A DNA stretch of 64,000 nt from Eledone cirrhosa (GCA_964016885.1 OZ024742.1:149606001-149670000), one strand, 5' to 3'; positions 11,511 to 25,136 are shown, counted from the stretch's first letter. Notes: a model not told the origin generated them from the sequence alone. Translations and numbers: made by a program.

Positions 11511-14419
11511 TTATGATATGGCAATGAAAAAGTAAATTTCAAATGATGTGGATATTTTCAAAACATTCCAAGACAGACTAGTTTGTTTTCTATCAGAACA
11601 TATAGACAAGATTATTTTGTACAAGGGACTTCATCAGCCATCTTGCTATTAGTCTAAAGAAAACTTTCCCTTCTTTTTGTATTAAGTAGTGATATTAAGC
11701 AGAATTACAAAGTACTTGATGCAGTCTCTGTTTTAGGAAAATATATACAGGTAGTGGAGGGATGAAAGTCAGTGAATTCCGAGAGTTGATACGATGTCAG
11801 ATTAAAAAATGCCCTGATATTTTTTCTAGCACTCTGCACCTTGAATTCATATCCTGCTGAAATCATCTCTGCCTTTCATACTTTCATGGTTAATAAATAA
11901 AGTACCACTCCAGTATTGGAGTGGATTCTTTCTCTATCTTTCTTTATCCCTCTCTCTTTTTCTCATTAAGAAATCATACAAAGGCATTCAAACAAACATA
12001 TAGGGATAGGCTCCACCAGGATTAAAATGGTATCAGGGATTAAGGACACTTTATCTTTTTTTACTGGAGGGATGAAAAGCAAATAAAACGTGGGCAGGAT
12101 TTGAACTTTGAATGTAAAATACCTATGTATTTATAGGAGTCAATCATACCTATCTCTCTCTCCCTTTTATAACCCTTTCATATTCTTTTGTTCAATGATA
12201 TTCTAAACAATTTTTTTATCTGAAGAAGAGTTTTCCTCAAAACATCAGAACCTATGACACCACATGAAACATGGAATTATTCTTATTTGTGCTCTCCAAA
12301 ACCGACCAATACTAGTTTTTTTTAAAAATCTATCTTATTAATATATAAAGTCATACAAACATACATGGATGTATCAGCGATAGAAGTGTATTTTGAGATC
12401 ATATTACATGCCTCTAAAATCATTTTAAGACAGGGACATTCAGGACAATTACTGCATAATTGTCGTTTTGCCAGCGGCCTTCCCCACTCAAAAAGACTTA
12501 TGCTCAAAGAGGCTTCATTTATGACCATTTTGATTACTTCTGTTTCTTGTAAGTATAATTTATGAGCCAGTTCTCTATTATAAGAAGTGAACCCGTGAGA
12601 GTTTGTTCATGTGGTTAGATCTGTTCCAGATGTATGCCCCAGAGGCAGCTCATCTTCTATTGTAATTTGACTCGCATCTAGAAATATCACATCGACCACA
12701 GATGTAATGAAAAGTTAATTTAGAATGTAAAGAGTCATAAATAAATACCACAGATATTTTTTCTAGAATTAACCTCTATCGGTTTCGATGATGAGTATTC
12801 TAGATTGGCCAACCACACAGCCTGCTCATGAATTAATATGTAAGTGGCTGAGCATTCCACAGACATGAGTACTCTTAAAGTAATTCTTAGGTAGATTCAG
12901 CATGACACTGTGTGACAAGAGTTGAATTACAAGTAAAGTCTATCTGACAGGCTTCCAAACAGTTTACTTCTACCCAGTTTCCCTTGCAAGTCATGGCATA
13001 GACTTCAACAGGTTTAGAATGCTCAATACACGCCATATGTTACCATGGCGCCCTACAACTCCACCAGGAGATACGGGTCCATACATAAAGGGTTTCCCTT
13101 ATAATAAACATAACATCTTAAAATACTTAATAGCAAGAATATATGTGGTAATAACCAAGGAACTTTATCTTATGGAGGAGGAATATGTAATTCGTACCAT
13201 TTTTTGAAAAAACAATAATATCAATCAGGAGTTCATTAACGGTATACTTAACAAAAGTAAATAGACAATAACACCAAGTACATATTTGCAAAACGAGCAA
13301 GAGAGGGTGGAAGCGTGCGCGTGTGAGAGAGAGGAAGAGAGGAAACAAGTCAGGCACATTCGATTACTTCCTGTAAAGAAAATATTGTTTAGTGGGAAAG
13401 GAATTATGGTTTGCATTAATTGAGATTAATGATTTTTGTGTCGATGTATTGTACATTTATTAAAAGACTGCTTTCTACTGGTTTTCGCATCGTTCTTTCA
13501 AAGTTTCTCCCCAAGATTTTGGTACTTTATTTTTATTAAACTTGGCACGTCAATGAGGAGTCCAGGGGAGATAACTACTAATAACTTCAGTTAGACGAAA
13601 AGAAACAAATAAAGGCGTATAATGAACCCATATAGAATATGTTTACATATAATAAACAGATTTTAATCTCACTGTGATTATTTTAAATGGTCGTCTTGTC
13701 ACTGCTACCTCAGCATTGGGTTAAGAGCTGTGTCTAAATGTATGATTATCCTCCGTAAACATACTGTGTACGGTCTCAGATATGCCAGTATACTATATCA
13801 CACAATGTTAGTGATAATGCTAATTAATACTTGCCGGTCTAACTCCCATTGTGTAAATAAGTCTTCACAAAGAATAGTTTGTTTACAAAATTTATAAGAT
13901 GATATTGCCTTTCATGTTTTAGATCTGGGCATCAACAAACAAGTACTGTCGAACTGTAAACGGCACTATTGCACCCCACCACAATTACTGGGGAAGCTGG
14001 GATATCTTCACTGCTTAAATACTCACAGTGAGACTAATTGTGCTTATACGTAAACGTATTGTTTAGAGGGTTCATATACCCTTTTATTCTGAATCACGCT
14101 GTTCTAGTGTTATCGTGAATAGAAAACAATATGATTTTCTTTAGCTTGGCACAGTCACATATTTATAAAAGATGGGGACAATTGATGGAAATAACTACCA
14201 TATATACTTGGTACTTATTTTATTAACTTTGAAGGAAGATAAAGTAAAGTGGACCTGATAGGATTTGAACGTCGAATGTAAAGGGATTAAATAACTAAAT
14301 AGACTAAATTAATTATTTCTGCCTCTTCATTCCATGTCAGATATTACATCGTCCTATCCATTTCCACCATTTTTGAATTCTTTAGATCCAGTATAGTGAT
14401 TGGTTGGTAGAATGGAAAA

Positions 14420-14640
14420 GGGTGGTGGATTGGTAAAATTGGTAAAGCGTCGGACAAATTGCCATTGCAGTATTTGTTCTGGCTCTTTACATACATAGTT
14501 GATATACAGCCGAGGTCAACTTTGATTTCATCCTTCCGGGGTCGATAAAATAAAGTATCAGTCAAGTACTGGGACTGATTTAATTAACCTTACCCTTCCC
14601 TCAAATTTGCTGGCCTTGTGCCTAAATTAAAAATCAATAT
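14420..14640 (+). mobile_element. SINE family A, full length (inverted fragment nearby at ~14205-14290)
   Basis: Head GGTGGATTGG, core TTTCATCCTTCCGGGGTCGATAAAATAAAGTA, tail. Confidence 0.85.
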
Positions 14641-16019
14641 GGTATCCTGGAAAGCATATTCATAGTTTGAGACTGGTTAGTGTTTTTTTTTTGTTTTTTT
14701 AACCTTCTCAAATTAATGTTTCAACATGTATAATAAAAGGCTCAAATGTTAAAGTATGACTTTTTCGCTTTCGGATTACTGTTGCGTAAATTTTAAGTTG
14801 AAAAAGGTTGTGTAAAAAGAATAGCAAATGATTCTACGTATAGATAATTACAAGACAGTCAATTGTATTGATCTATTGTGTGCAGACACACACACACCAT
14901 GGATTTATTTGTGCATTGTATTTTAAGGTATGTGCATATATTCTAAAATAAAAAGGTCACTCATACGAATCACTTGACCTGTTGCTTCAACAGTCAAATC
15001 CTTCCACAAACAAATTCCTGCCACCCTTAAATGCTAGGAGTGAGTGTTTCAAGACAATACCCGGGACAATACAAGCCAACAAAGAAGCTTTTGTGAAAGT
15101 AATTTAACTTGCTAATACGACAGCAAAATCTAACAAGAATATCCACAATCATAAACGCTCGGAAAATGTTCCAAACTTATAATCCTTGAGACAACATGTT
15201 AAGACAACACAGTAGAAAGTTGTCACAGCTAAAAATTCAGATGTCTGATAAGGCTTGCACGAATTCCACAAAAGCTAGAGCAATGAAACATTGATTTATT
15301 TATTTAAAACATGACCACATTTTAACTATAGGGATGGGTTGTTTTACAAAATAAAAAAAAATATAAAAAGCATCATGATGTACTGGAATTTATCCAATTT
15401 TACATAAATAGGAACGAAACTCCAGCCTGGTGCTGTTTCCACTGCACTCTGATGGAATATTTGTCCTTTATACAATGCCAACTGTATACTACTATATATT
15501 TCCCCCGCTATCAGTCTATCTATGGCTAAGTGGATGGAGTCATCGAGTGTTTAATGAACAGTAGCACTAACAAGGAATGATAAAGCATGATTTACAATAA
15601 AAGCGGATATGGAGGCATATATACAGTAGGTTTATTATACATATATTATATGTATGCACACACATACACATACACATATATATATATGGAGAGAAACCTA
15701 GTTGAAGAGTGAGATTCTGAAGATTATTGCCTGAAAGAAGAGAACTATAAGAATATTTTAAAATATAATCTACAATGGAAATAAAGGTAGGAGTATACCA
15801 AATGCATCTAACAACACTGGTGTATTGCTACGAATTTCTTTCAGTTGTGGAGTTTTGACTTTATGTAGGAGACATATCAAATTGATTGGTTTCTCGACCA
15901 GGAGAAGTTTTAATTCTCCTCTATTTAACTTTATCGAGCCAAGATGTTTTATAATTTATTATTACTTAGATATATTAAAAGGCCGGCTTAACTATAAGGT
16001 AAGGAAAGCAAAAATATTT

Positions 16020-16905
16020 AAAATAATAATAATAATGAAATTATTGTGTAAAGTGCTCAGGTGCACTGCAACTCGTCAAAGGTGTATGTATAGTACATAG
16101 AATAATACACAAATGTCAGGCAAGTGAATAGTGTATGAGTCATGGTATACATGTGTGTATGTGTATGGAGGGGGAACATTAGGTGTAGTGTTGGCGGATC
16201 TCGGGAAGCATGGAGGCCTTAAAGGATGCAGTGTCTCGACAGCTAACAACCGATGCAGGTAGTTTGTTCCATGCTTCAGCAACTCTGAGCGTGAAAAAAT
16301 GTTTCCGAAAGTCATGGGAACTGTGCTGTTTTCTGACTTTGTGGACATGCCCACGTGTGTTAGACACATGGAAATCAAAAAGGTACTCAGGGTTGTTGTT
16401 GGCAAGATGGTTAACAATTTTGTGGGTGTTTACCAAGTCAGTTACCAGGCGTCGGAGCTTCAATGTATCCGTGCCCAGGGCAGCAAGGCGCTCAGAGTAT
16501 GGTAGATGCCTGGTGGAGGGTATTCGCTTGGTTGCACGTCTTTGAACAGTTTCCAGACGGTCAATGTTCTGAGCAAGATAGGGGTTCCAGACTGGTGATG
16601 CAAATTCTAAGTGTGGCCGCACCATAGCCATGTACAGCCTTAAATAGATAGCTGGAGAGCGGCTGACAAAGGTCTTGCTGAGTGATGCTAAGACACCCTC
16701 GGCCCTCTTGACAATTTTAGAGACGTGCTTCGTCCAACGCAAATCGCTGCTGACCGTAATGCCCTTCTTGATATTAGTGCTGTGGAGGGAGAATGTGGAC
16801 GCTGGGATTTTACTCCCAAAATGCATGGTGGTGCACTTGTCCACAGCTAGCTTGAGTTGCCAGTCTGAGATCCATTGTTGCATTGTGTCCAGGTCAGACT
16901 GCAAG
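16020..16905 (-). mobile_element. 5'-truncated CR1-group LINE (RT C-terminal ORF 16179-16904, 3' UTR, (ATT)n tail)
   Basis: Motifs WQLKLAVDKC, LYMAMVRPHLEFASPVWNP, LETVQRRATK, FFTLRVAEAWNKLP are typical of CR1/L2-group ORF2 ends. Confidence 0.92.
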
Positions 16906-17059
16906 CAAGATCTGGATATTTGAAATAATTTATTTTATTTATTTTATGTGAATATCATTGAATCGTACATGTCCCCAGCACCACCACCACCATATGTATT
17001 TATCTGAAAATAGACGTAGCAATTAATTCAGCCCTTTTAAAAATTATATATTAGAAAGA

Positions 17060-18322
17060 TGGTGGTGGATTGACAGAATTGGTAGAGTGTCAGACAAAAT
17101 GCCATTACGGTATTAGTTCTGGCTCTTTACATACCAAGTTCAAATCTCGCCGCGGTCGATTTTGATTTTCGTGCTTCCAGTGTCGATAAAATAAAGTACC
17201 TGTCAAATACTAGGGATGATTTAATCAACTTTCCCTTTTAATTCTGGTCTCGTGACTAAATTAGAAATTAATATTATATATCAGAAATATCGCGCAAAAA
17301 GCACGCGCGTGCGCGCACTAACTATAAAGGGAGGGAACTATTGTTATTTTATTCCTTTACAGTGGATTTATTTATTCCTTGGTGGATTGGCAGTATCGGT
17401 AGAGGGTCGGACGCCATGCTTTCCAGCATAGTTACGTCCCTTTACGATCTGAGTTCAAATCCCGCCGAGGTTAACTTTGCCTTTCATCCTTACGGGGTCA
17501 ATAATAAAATAAAGTACCAGTAATGTACTGGGTAATTGCTGGCCTTGTGCCTAAAGTAGAAACAGTTATTTTATTCCTTTACGGCTTTCATCGCCACCAG
17601 TAATTGGTAATTTGTTCGAGTTATGTTCAGTTATAGTGACGAATATAGATTAGCATAGAGGGTTTTTTTTATGTAACATATTAAATCTGAAATTTAAAAC
17701 AAAAATACCCTGTTAATAAATTAAAATGAAGTAAATCCCATATGACGAGCGACTATGTTCTAAATATAACTGTTTCTACTTTAGGCACAAGGCCAGCAAT
17801 AACCCAGTGCATTACTGGTACTTTATTTTATCGACCCCGTAAGGATGAAAGGCAAAGTCAACCTCGGCTATGTTCTAAATATAACGTTAACTGTGTTGAC
17901 TGAAAGCGTATAATCTCTTTGTCTCTTCCTACGTATCTTTTACTTTCTGATATGTAATTACCCAACACAATCTCATTCCAATAATTATGTGGCTGTGAAT
18001 ATATTTTTCATGTTTTAATTTTTTTGGGGGGGTTAGAAAATGAAAGAAATTAAATTTGTACCCACAAACACGATCAGTTGATAGGTTTAACGAGAGTAGT
18101 TTGCATGGTGCAAGGGGGATAACTAACGTGTAATATTTCTATAATTTCTATTATTCTTCGGTGGATTGGCAGTATTGGTAGAGGGTCGAAGCCATGCTTT
18201 GCAGCAAAGAGTTACGGTCCTTTACGGTCTGAGTTCAAATCCCGCCGAGGTTAACTTTGCCTTTCATCCTTACGGGGTCAATAAAGTAAAGTACCAGTAA
18301 TACACTGGGATAATTGCTGGCC
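17060..18322. mobile_element. Cluster of four SINE family A copies: 17060-17275 (+), 17380-17570 (+), 17766-17868 (-, 5'-truncated with TSD), 18159-18322 (+)
   Basis: A box TGGCAGTATCGG and B box GAGTTCAAATCCC in the 17380 copy; the minus copy is flanked by direct repeat ctatgttctaaatataac. Confidence 0.9.
17290..17335 (+). promoter_or_regulatory. Possible core promoter element (CG-rich patch followed by TATAAA)
   Basis: gcacgcgcgtgcgcgc then TATAAA at 17323-17328. Other candidates at ~13280-13370 and TATAAA 18437-18442. The TSS cannot be fixed from sequence alone. Confidence 0.2.
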
Positions 18323-18976
18323 TATAATTTCATACGAGGGGATAACAAATTGTAAACTAAGAAACATTTTATCACTTTTATTCAATGATATTCACATAAA
18401 ATAAATAAAATAAATTATTTCAAATATCCAGTCGATTATAAACACACGCATATGAAGTGGTATTTGCTACAAACCGAAGACGATGTTAAACAAGAAGAAG
18501 CATACTTATTATTTGTGGACACCAACTTCCATCTTTAGAATGAGACAGCTCTATTTTGACCACCTTCTCTCTCTTTCCTCACTTTTTGTGGTCGTTTGCC
18601 TCACTTTTTCTCTATTCCAGTGGAACAATTTCGCTTACATGCATATATCAAATGGTGTTGAAGAAAGTCTACTGACACGCTCATATATTTTGATATTGAG
18701 ATGAAGTCCACTATCTATGATTGTTATTCTGTTTTGATTTTTGCAATACAGTAAATTAGTGAAAGTAGAAAAATCACATCGCCTTTTTAAAAACAAAATT
18801 CATTCTGTTATTAATCTTTGTTTTGTTGTTGTTAGAAATAGTATTTATAAATTTTGAATTACTCGATACATGTTAAATATATTTTAATATAACCTGTAAT
18901 TTAACAAAATTTTCTCTTTTGTTTTTCTTCCAACAGTGAATCCCTTCTTTTTCGAAGCCTTCCAAATTAAACAGCC

Positions 18977-19038
18977 ATGAGTTCACTCGAAGAACGCCGT
19001 GAAGCCCGCCGTAGAAAGCGTATGCAGGAAGAATCAGA
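18977..19038 (+). CDS. First coding exon (MSSLEERREARRRKRMQEES+GA); exon starts 18937 with 40 nt of 5' UTR
   Basis: Polypyrimidine tract plus caacag acceptor ending 18936; Kozak-like GCCATG; GA|gtaagt donor at 19039; phase 2 exit. Confidence 0.9.
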
Positions 19039-20528
19039 GTAAGTGTTAAAAATGTTTACCGAATTAATTTATGGGAGAAGCATGACTCTTTAGTTTGATT
19101 CTATACATTAATTTCTTTCATTCATACATATAGATATAATTTTTCAATGTTCAGCGTATTCACATCTTGAAATATGTTTAATTTTTTCTGTTTTCTTCTT
19201 TCTACGATGTTTTCACCTTTGAAAAACTGTGTGAACCTAACAATTTATTTATTAACTTTTATCTGTTTCTTTTCTTTCAACTGATGTGTTAATTTATTTT
19301 GGAAGGCATTCAAGATTTACCTTTTTTCAGCCTCAAGATGTTTTTAATGTGTTAAAAAAACCAATGAAACCTCAAATTCTCGAAATATTTTTGATTGATT
19401 GTTGTTTTTGAAATCCAAATTTTAATGGAAGAGTGATTTAATTTGATGAAACACGAATACAAGACATTAGAATGTATCTTTAAACATTACCTTACTTGCC
19501 TTATTCAAACTTGCTGAAACAATGAACCACTATGCAACATCATAGTCTAGATATCTGAAGACAATCCTAATTTGGTTTAAAATATTTTGTGCTAGTTTAA
19601 TCTGACATTATTTAAGCCATCAATAACTCAATATTTATGAAATAAATAAAATCAATTAGCTTTTTTTGTAATCAGATATATCAATTACCTGTAGGTTTAA
19701 ATCTATAGACTTCAAAAGAGTGTGACCTTTAATTTATAATCTCCACAGTATTTGAACTATGTACATCAAGTCAACAAAGCACTTTTTAATTACATACACT
19801 GCTCAAGTTGATTGCAGTAGCATCCATACATCTCTATGATACATATTTGTGGCACTGAGATATAAAACTGCCAATACTTAAATCAGTAAGCTGCCTCTCT
19901 ATTATTGGTTAATAGGAATATTTATGTAAGATACTATTGAAATATAATCTAAGTTACATACCATCTTGATACTGAAAAATTAAATACAATATTACATGTA
20001 CTTCACCACACATTCATACCCATGCATAGATACACCCAGACACAGAGAGGGATTATTTTTAAAGTGTTTATTTACAGTCATGATGCCCTTCCTGGTGCTA
20101 ATCCTTTGAGTTGCTCCAGACGATTCAGAGATATGGTGCATTTATTCTAAACTCAATACATATAGCATGCAAATACATGATAAAAAATTCTGTTAAGTTA
20201 AAGCCACCAACTCCTGAGTTAAATAAATATGCTAATCTGATCCTAAAAAGTAAACTTAAAAAATCCCCCCCTCCAATTTTTTGTCAAGAATCTTATCCAA
20301 TCCTATCCTCAGTCATTCAGTGCAACACTCCATTGTAGGAAACACAAGGTGCTAGTCTGTGTTCTTGCTGTATCCATCTAACTTGGAACGTTTAGGTTTC
20401 ATCCATTTTCCAACTTGATGGATCATTTGCATGAAACCATTGTCATACAATGCCAATGGTCAGGTTTATTAGATTTTCCTACTGATCACGTCCAACATCC
20501 TGCTGCCAATGATTTTGCATGTAAAAAA

Positions 20529-20536
20529 ATATATAC

Positions 20537-20575
<39 letters not shown>

Positions 20576-20626
20576 CACACATATATATATATATACACAT
20601 ACATATATATATATACATATATACAC

Positions 20627-20707
<81 letters not shown>

Positions 20708-20709
20708 TA
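20529..20709. repeat. Compound (TA)n/(CA)n microsatellite
   Basis: Directly visible. Confidence 0.95.
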
Positions 20710-22849
20710 CTTTATTGCATGGCCATTGGCTCTTCTTAGTTCCCCCACCCTTTGATGGATTTTGTTTCATCCTGTTGGGTGTCCAAAAATCCCTCTCCTC
20801 ACCAAGCAAGCAAGCTTGGTGGAGTGTCTGGTTTAGTCACTGTCAACCTGACCATACAACAGGTTGTACTGGGTTACATGTTATCAGTAGCGTTCAAAAG
20901 CAATCTATCAGGAAATGATATTAAAATTGATATATAATTTCAAGGAGCGTTCATGAGTGTTTTGTTTGTTTTTGTATTTGATTATAAGAAAAAAATATAA
21001 ATGAAAACAGCTATTAAGTACACTTAAACAGTATCTATAAAATATAGCTAATGTAGGAACTTACCTTGGTGCATATTTTCCTTTTGTGTGTGATATAGTC
21101 TTGGAAACATTTTCATTGTTACATTATGTTCAGAAATTTTTGTTAATATATAACATTATGGAAATTGATGTTTGCTTTATATATTTGTTATTAATAATTA
21201 TTTCTGAGTACTGTGTGAGAGTGATATGAACGATATGATACATTGGTTTGCCATTAATGCTATGGAAAACATCCTCATTTCTTTTCTGTTAAACATCAAG
21301 TATAAACAGAGTATTAGTGGATATAATTTCCTCCTTAGAAGTGAGTTAATTAACTCATCTATGCGAATAAACACACATGCATACACATATATCTATGATG
21401 TTAACAGTACCACCTTACAGCACTCTCTTATTACAAGGACAATAATCATTCTGCTAAGTTTAGCTGAGATAATAAATCATGTTACTTCTTCAGATTTGAG
21501 TGGAATGTTGTGGGGTTGTGCATGTATCATGTTATGGGTGTTATCATTATTTTGTTTCTACGGTACATGAAATAAGTCTAAATCTGGATTAATGATGCTA
21601 AATTAAGTCAATTGCAATATATATACATATATATATAAACCTGTTTGTGTGCCTACTTACACTTATGCACCCAATATTGGCTGGTTTAGCACCAGGCCCG
21701 TCCTGATAGAACAGACTTGTAATTTATAATTTGCACCTGTCTACCACCCCTCCCAAGTCGAAACAAATCCTTCCATCCATATGCTTGCATGTTGCTCATA
21801 GGGAATCGGCGTTTGTCTTTGTCTGAGACTATATTACATTTAATTCAGTTATCCAGGACTATATCAAAAGAGTCCTTCCTTTTTTAATGAGATAGGGTTT
21901 GGAAAATATTTGGTAACTATTTCTTGCAGATTGAATGATAATGTAGAAGCTCCTTCAGTAACATATGCACACAATATAACATATGATGGAGTGGTGTAAT
22001 ATATACTGCATGTTTAATTCAATGTCACATTCTGTGACTCTGATGAGAAACTAGAAAAATAGTTATGAATTGGTGGTTCAAGTAGTGTAGGTACCTACAC
22101 TTTTTAGAAGTTAGGGTAAATTTGAACACAACTTATGTTAAAACAGCTAATGTTATGACTGACTTGAGCACAGCATATGTTAAGACAGACTTAAGCACTG
22201 CATCAAAACTTTAGAGCAGCTTATTTTAGGATAGACTTTAGTACATCTTATATCTCACAGAAGAGATGAGATGTAGTCTTGAGCTATTCATACTGATATG
22301 GAAACACTGGTTCTGTGTTATTTCTTGTGAAATTGAAGTGTAACATTTAATAAACATGGCGAATGTAAATGCCATAACGAGCAATAGCAATTCACAAAGC
22401 TGTTTCTTAACTTTGGATATTATTGAGATTGGATATTATTCGATAGTAGTTTCATACCTTCCTGTTCCCCACCACACATGAGTTCAACTGAAATACATGT
22501 AGACTATATTATACTCTGCATATACACTAGAAAATACCTTTGTGAGCATCAGTGAACTCACAAACAACGAGAGAGCCTCTATATGTTTGCTCAGCCTGCC
22601 TAGACAAAAAAGCATCCAAACTTCCCTCAAATCATATCCTACAGTTAACAAAAAAGACCTACTGGACAATATAGTCCCAGATAAGCTATGTTTGAATAAA
22701 AAACAGATAGCCTGACTGGAGTGACTTTAAACATAGCTCTGATTGATCACAAATGAATTGTGGATTAAGTAATAACAAAAACACTATAGTCAATTCAATA
22801 CCAAAGCGACTCGGTAAACTGAAAATAAACAAAATTAGAAATAATGCAT

Positions 22850-23900
22850 GATTTCATGGAGATAATCCTGCTTTGTTGAATTTACCAAACCTTAAGCCTT
22901 ATGTCAGAATAATGTTGACATTAAACCAATTTGTTGGAATATTAAAAAACTCCATCAAAATATGAAGGCAAAAGTGAAATTCAATGGGACACTTTCAGTG
23001 GAAAACTGTGTCAAGAAGAGTGACACACCTGCACCCACCCTGTTCTTCATCTACTTTGCTGTGCTGCTGACATATGCCTTCCAAAATGTCTAAATCTGTG
23101 TATATTTGTGATTTAGAACCTCTGGTAAAGTTCAAAACATTTGACACTCTTATGAGAGAGGTCCTGTATGCTGATGATGCAAATTTTGTGACTCACAGTA
23201 GAGGCATGTAATTAATATTGGACACCTTCTCCAATGCATGCGCTGCATTTGGGCAAAATATTAGCATAAAAAGACAAAGGCCATGTACACTCCACTAGTT
23301 GGGGATGTGTATCTGTAGACATTTTCATGGAAGGTAAAAGACTTGAAGTGATGGATAGCTTTGGTAAATCTTGGAAGTACACTTTAGTTGAAATGCCACC
23401 CTCGATGCTGAAATAAATCACAGGATTCCTTTGGGAAGCTTGAAAAGTGAGTCTGATCAGATTGGGGTATCACAAGAAATGCAAAGCTCTCTTTGTATGA
23501 GGCTTGTGTTCTTACTGCCCTGTTATACAGATGCAAAACATAGACAACTTACAGGCAGTTGGAAAGGTTTCATCAATCTCATCAGCATTGAAGCTGATAC
23601 GTCCTGAACATCAAGTCGTCCTCTTACAAACCTGATGCTGCTGTACTTGAGAAAGTAGACAACACCAGTATTAAGAAGAGGATTATTATGATCCAGATAG
23701 ATTGAGCTGGTCATCTGGTCCAGATGAAAGTTGGAAATCTCCCTAAACAGTTATTTTATGGAGAGCTGATCAGAACAAAAAGACTACAGTATAAACCAAA
23801 GAAGTGGTTTTGGGATGTCATAAAAGACAATCTTAAAGCTCTGAAGATTTATATATGTGTGGCTTAATTTTCAAGCCAGCTGGTGGACAGACTAGACATT
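22850..23900 (+). mobile_element. Highly decayed RTE (BovB-like) LINE reverse transcriptase region
   Basis: Broken motifs APTLFFIYF, LYADDA, KLSLYEACVLTALLY, LPKQLFYGEL in the expected order with many stops and frameshifts. Confidence 0.78.
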
Positions 23901-24059
23901 GTAGAATGCACGAAGACACACACCAGGCAGTATTGCCAGGAGACAGACAGACTCCAATCTATGAACATGCTTGTAAAACAAAAGTTGGTCTGAAATTTCA
24001 CCTGCATGCACATGATCGTGCAAGTCATGGCACTTTTCTGACAAGAAGCAGCAATCAAT

Positions 24060-24089
<30 letters not shown>

Positions 24090-24095
<6 letters not shown>

Positions 24096-24196
24096 GTTTC
24101 TACTTTTGGCACAAGGCCAGCAATTACCCAGTGTATTACTGGTACTTTATTTTATCGACCCCATAAGGATGAAAGGCAAAGTTAACCGTGGCAGGA
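24090..24196 (-). mobile_element. SINE family A, 5'-truncated
   Basis: Near-identical to 17766-17868. Confidence 0.85.
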
Positions 24197-24225
24197 TATA
24201 TATAATGTGTGTATATGTGTGTGAA

Positions 24226-24556
24226 CGCGCATGGCTTAGTGGTTAGAACGTTGGTCTTGCAATTGAGAGGTTGTGAATTCAATTCTTGGACCAGGTGATG
24301 TGTTGTGTCCTTGAGCAAGACACTTTATTTCACATTACTCCAGCTCACTCAGCTGTAGAAATGAGTTGCGACATCACTGATGCTAAGCTGTATCAGTCAT
24401 TGCCTTTCCCTTGGACAATATCGGTGGTGTGAAGAGGGGATACCGGTATGCATGGGTGGCTACTGGACTTAGGAAACAAATCTTGCCCAGATTTATGCGT
24501 TGGAGGGAAACTTTCTAGGTGCAAAACCATGGTCATTAGTGACTGATGGGGACCTT
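24226..24556 (+). mobile_element. tRNA-derived SINE family B
   Basis: A box TGGCTTAGTGG, B-box-like GAATTCAATTC, central GTGTCCTTGAGCAAGACACTT domain. Confidence 0.82.
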
Positions 24557-24559
24557 TAA

Positions 24560-24574
24560 GTGTATGTATGTATG

Positions 24575-24613
<39 letters not shown>

Positions 24614-24958
24614 ATGTATGTGTGTATATATGTATATATGTGTGTGTGTATATATGTTTATATATATATGTGTGTGTGTATATATGTATATATATATGTG
24701 CGTGTATATATGTATATATATATGTGTGTGTATATATATGTATATATATATATGTGTGTGTGTGTGTATATGTATGTATGTGTGTATATATATATGTATA
24801 TGTATGTATGTGTGTATATATATATGCATATATATGTCTGTGTGTGTATATATATATGTATATATATATGTGTGTGTGTATGTGTGTGGGAGTATGTATA
24901 TGTGTGTGTATATGTGAGTATATATATATATGCATGTATATGTGTATATGTATATACA

Positions 24959-25000
<42 letters not shown>
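24560..25000. repeat. Compound (TA)n/(TG)n microsatellite
   Basis: Directly visible; source of the spurious YI/CV ORFs. Confidence 0.95.
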
Positions 25001-25135
25001 ACATTCATACATGCATAATCAAATCAGAATCCTATACCAATTTCAGTGTATTGGCCTAGCAACGATCTATTTTCAGCTGTTACTTGTTTGTAACAGAAGT
25101 CTTTTTGATGTTATCCAAGTTATTGCCTTCCTCTT

Positions 25136-25136
<1 letters not shown>

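Larger units (their letters stand above)
16912..18431. repeat. Perfect 52-bp inverted repeat pair (16912-16963 / 18380-18431)
   Basis: ctggatatttgaaataatttattttatttattttatgtgaatatcattgaat and its exact reverse complement. Confidence 0.92.

Noticed and set aside
12434-12548. Exon-like segment (acag|...ctt|gtaagt) within ORF 12365-12565
   Set aside because: Poor pyrimidine tract and it cannot be linked to either gene model; it might be a UTR or lncRNA exon but is unsupported.
16210-16923. Plus-strand ORFs of 68-111 aa
   Set aside because: Antisense shadows of the CR1 ORF2.
16912-18431. Interpretation of the 52-bp inverted repeats as the TIRs of a DNA transposon
   Set aside because: No target-site duplication, no recognisable superfamily terminus, and the interior is ordinary SINE-laden host DNA.
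18483-18704. 73-aa ORF just upstream of the first coding exon
   Set aside because: Low-complexity hydrophobic translation of a pyrimidine-rich stretch containing an acceptor-like site (18620); more likely intron or 5' UTR.
22033-22052. CTGATGAGAAAC hammerhead-like core (similar hits near 10115 and 29558)
   Set aside because: No stem II between CTGATGA and GAAA and no stem I pairing.
24393-25018. Long 100-200 aa ORFs rich in Y/I/H/T or C/V/Y/M (also at 20415-20918, 56426-56830, 57336-57692)
   Set aside because: Translations of (TA)n/(TG)n/(CA)n microsatellites, which lack stop codons in most frames.
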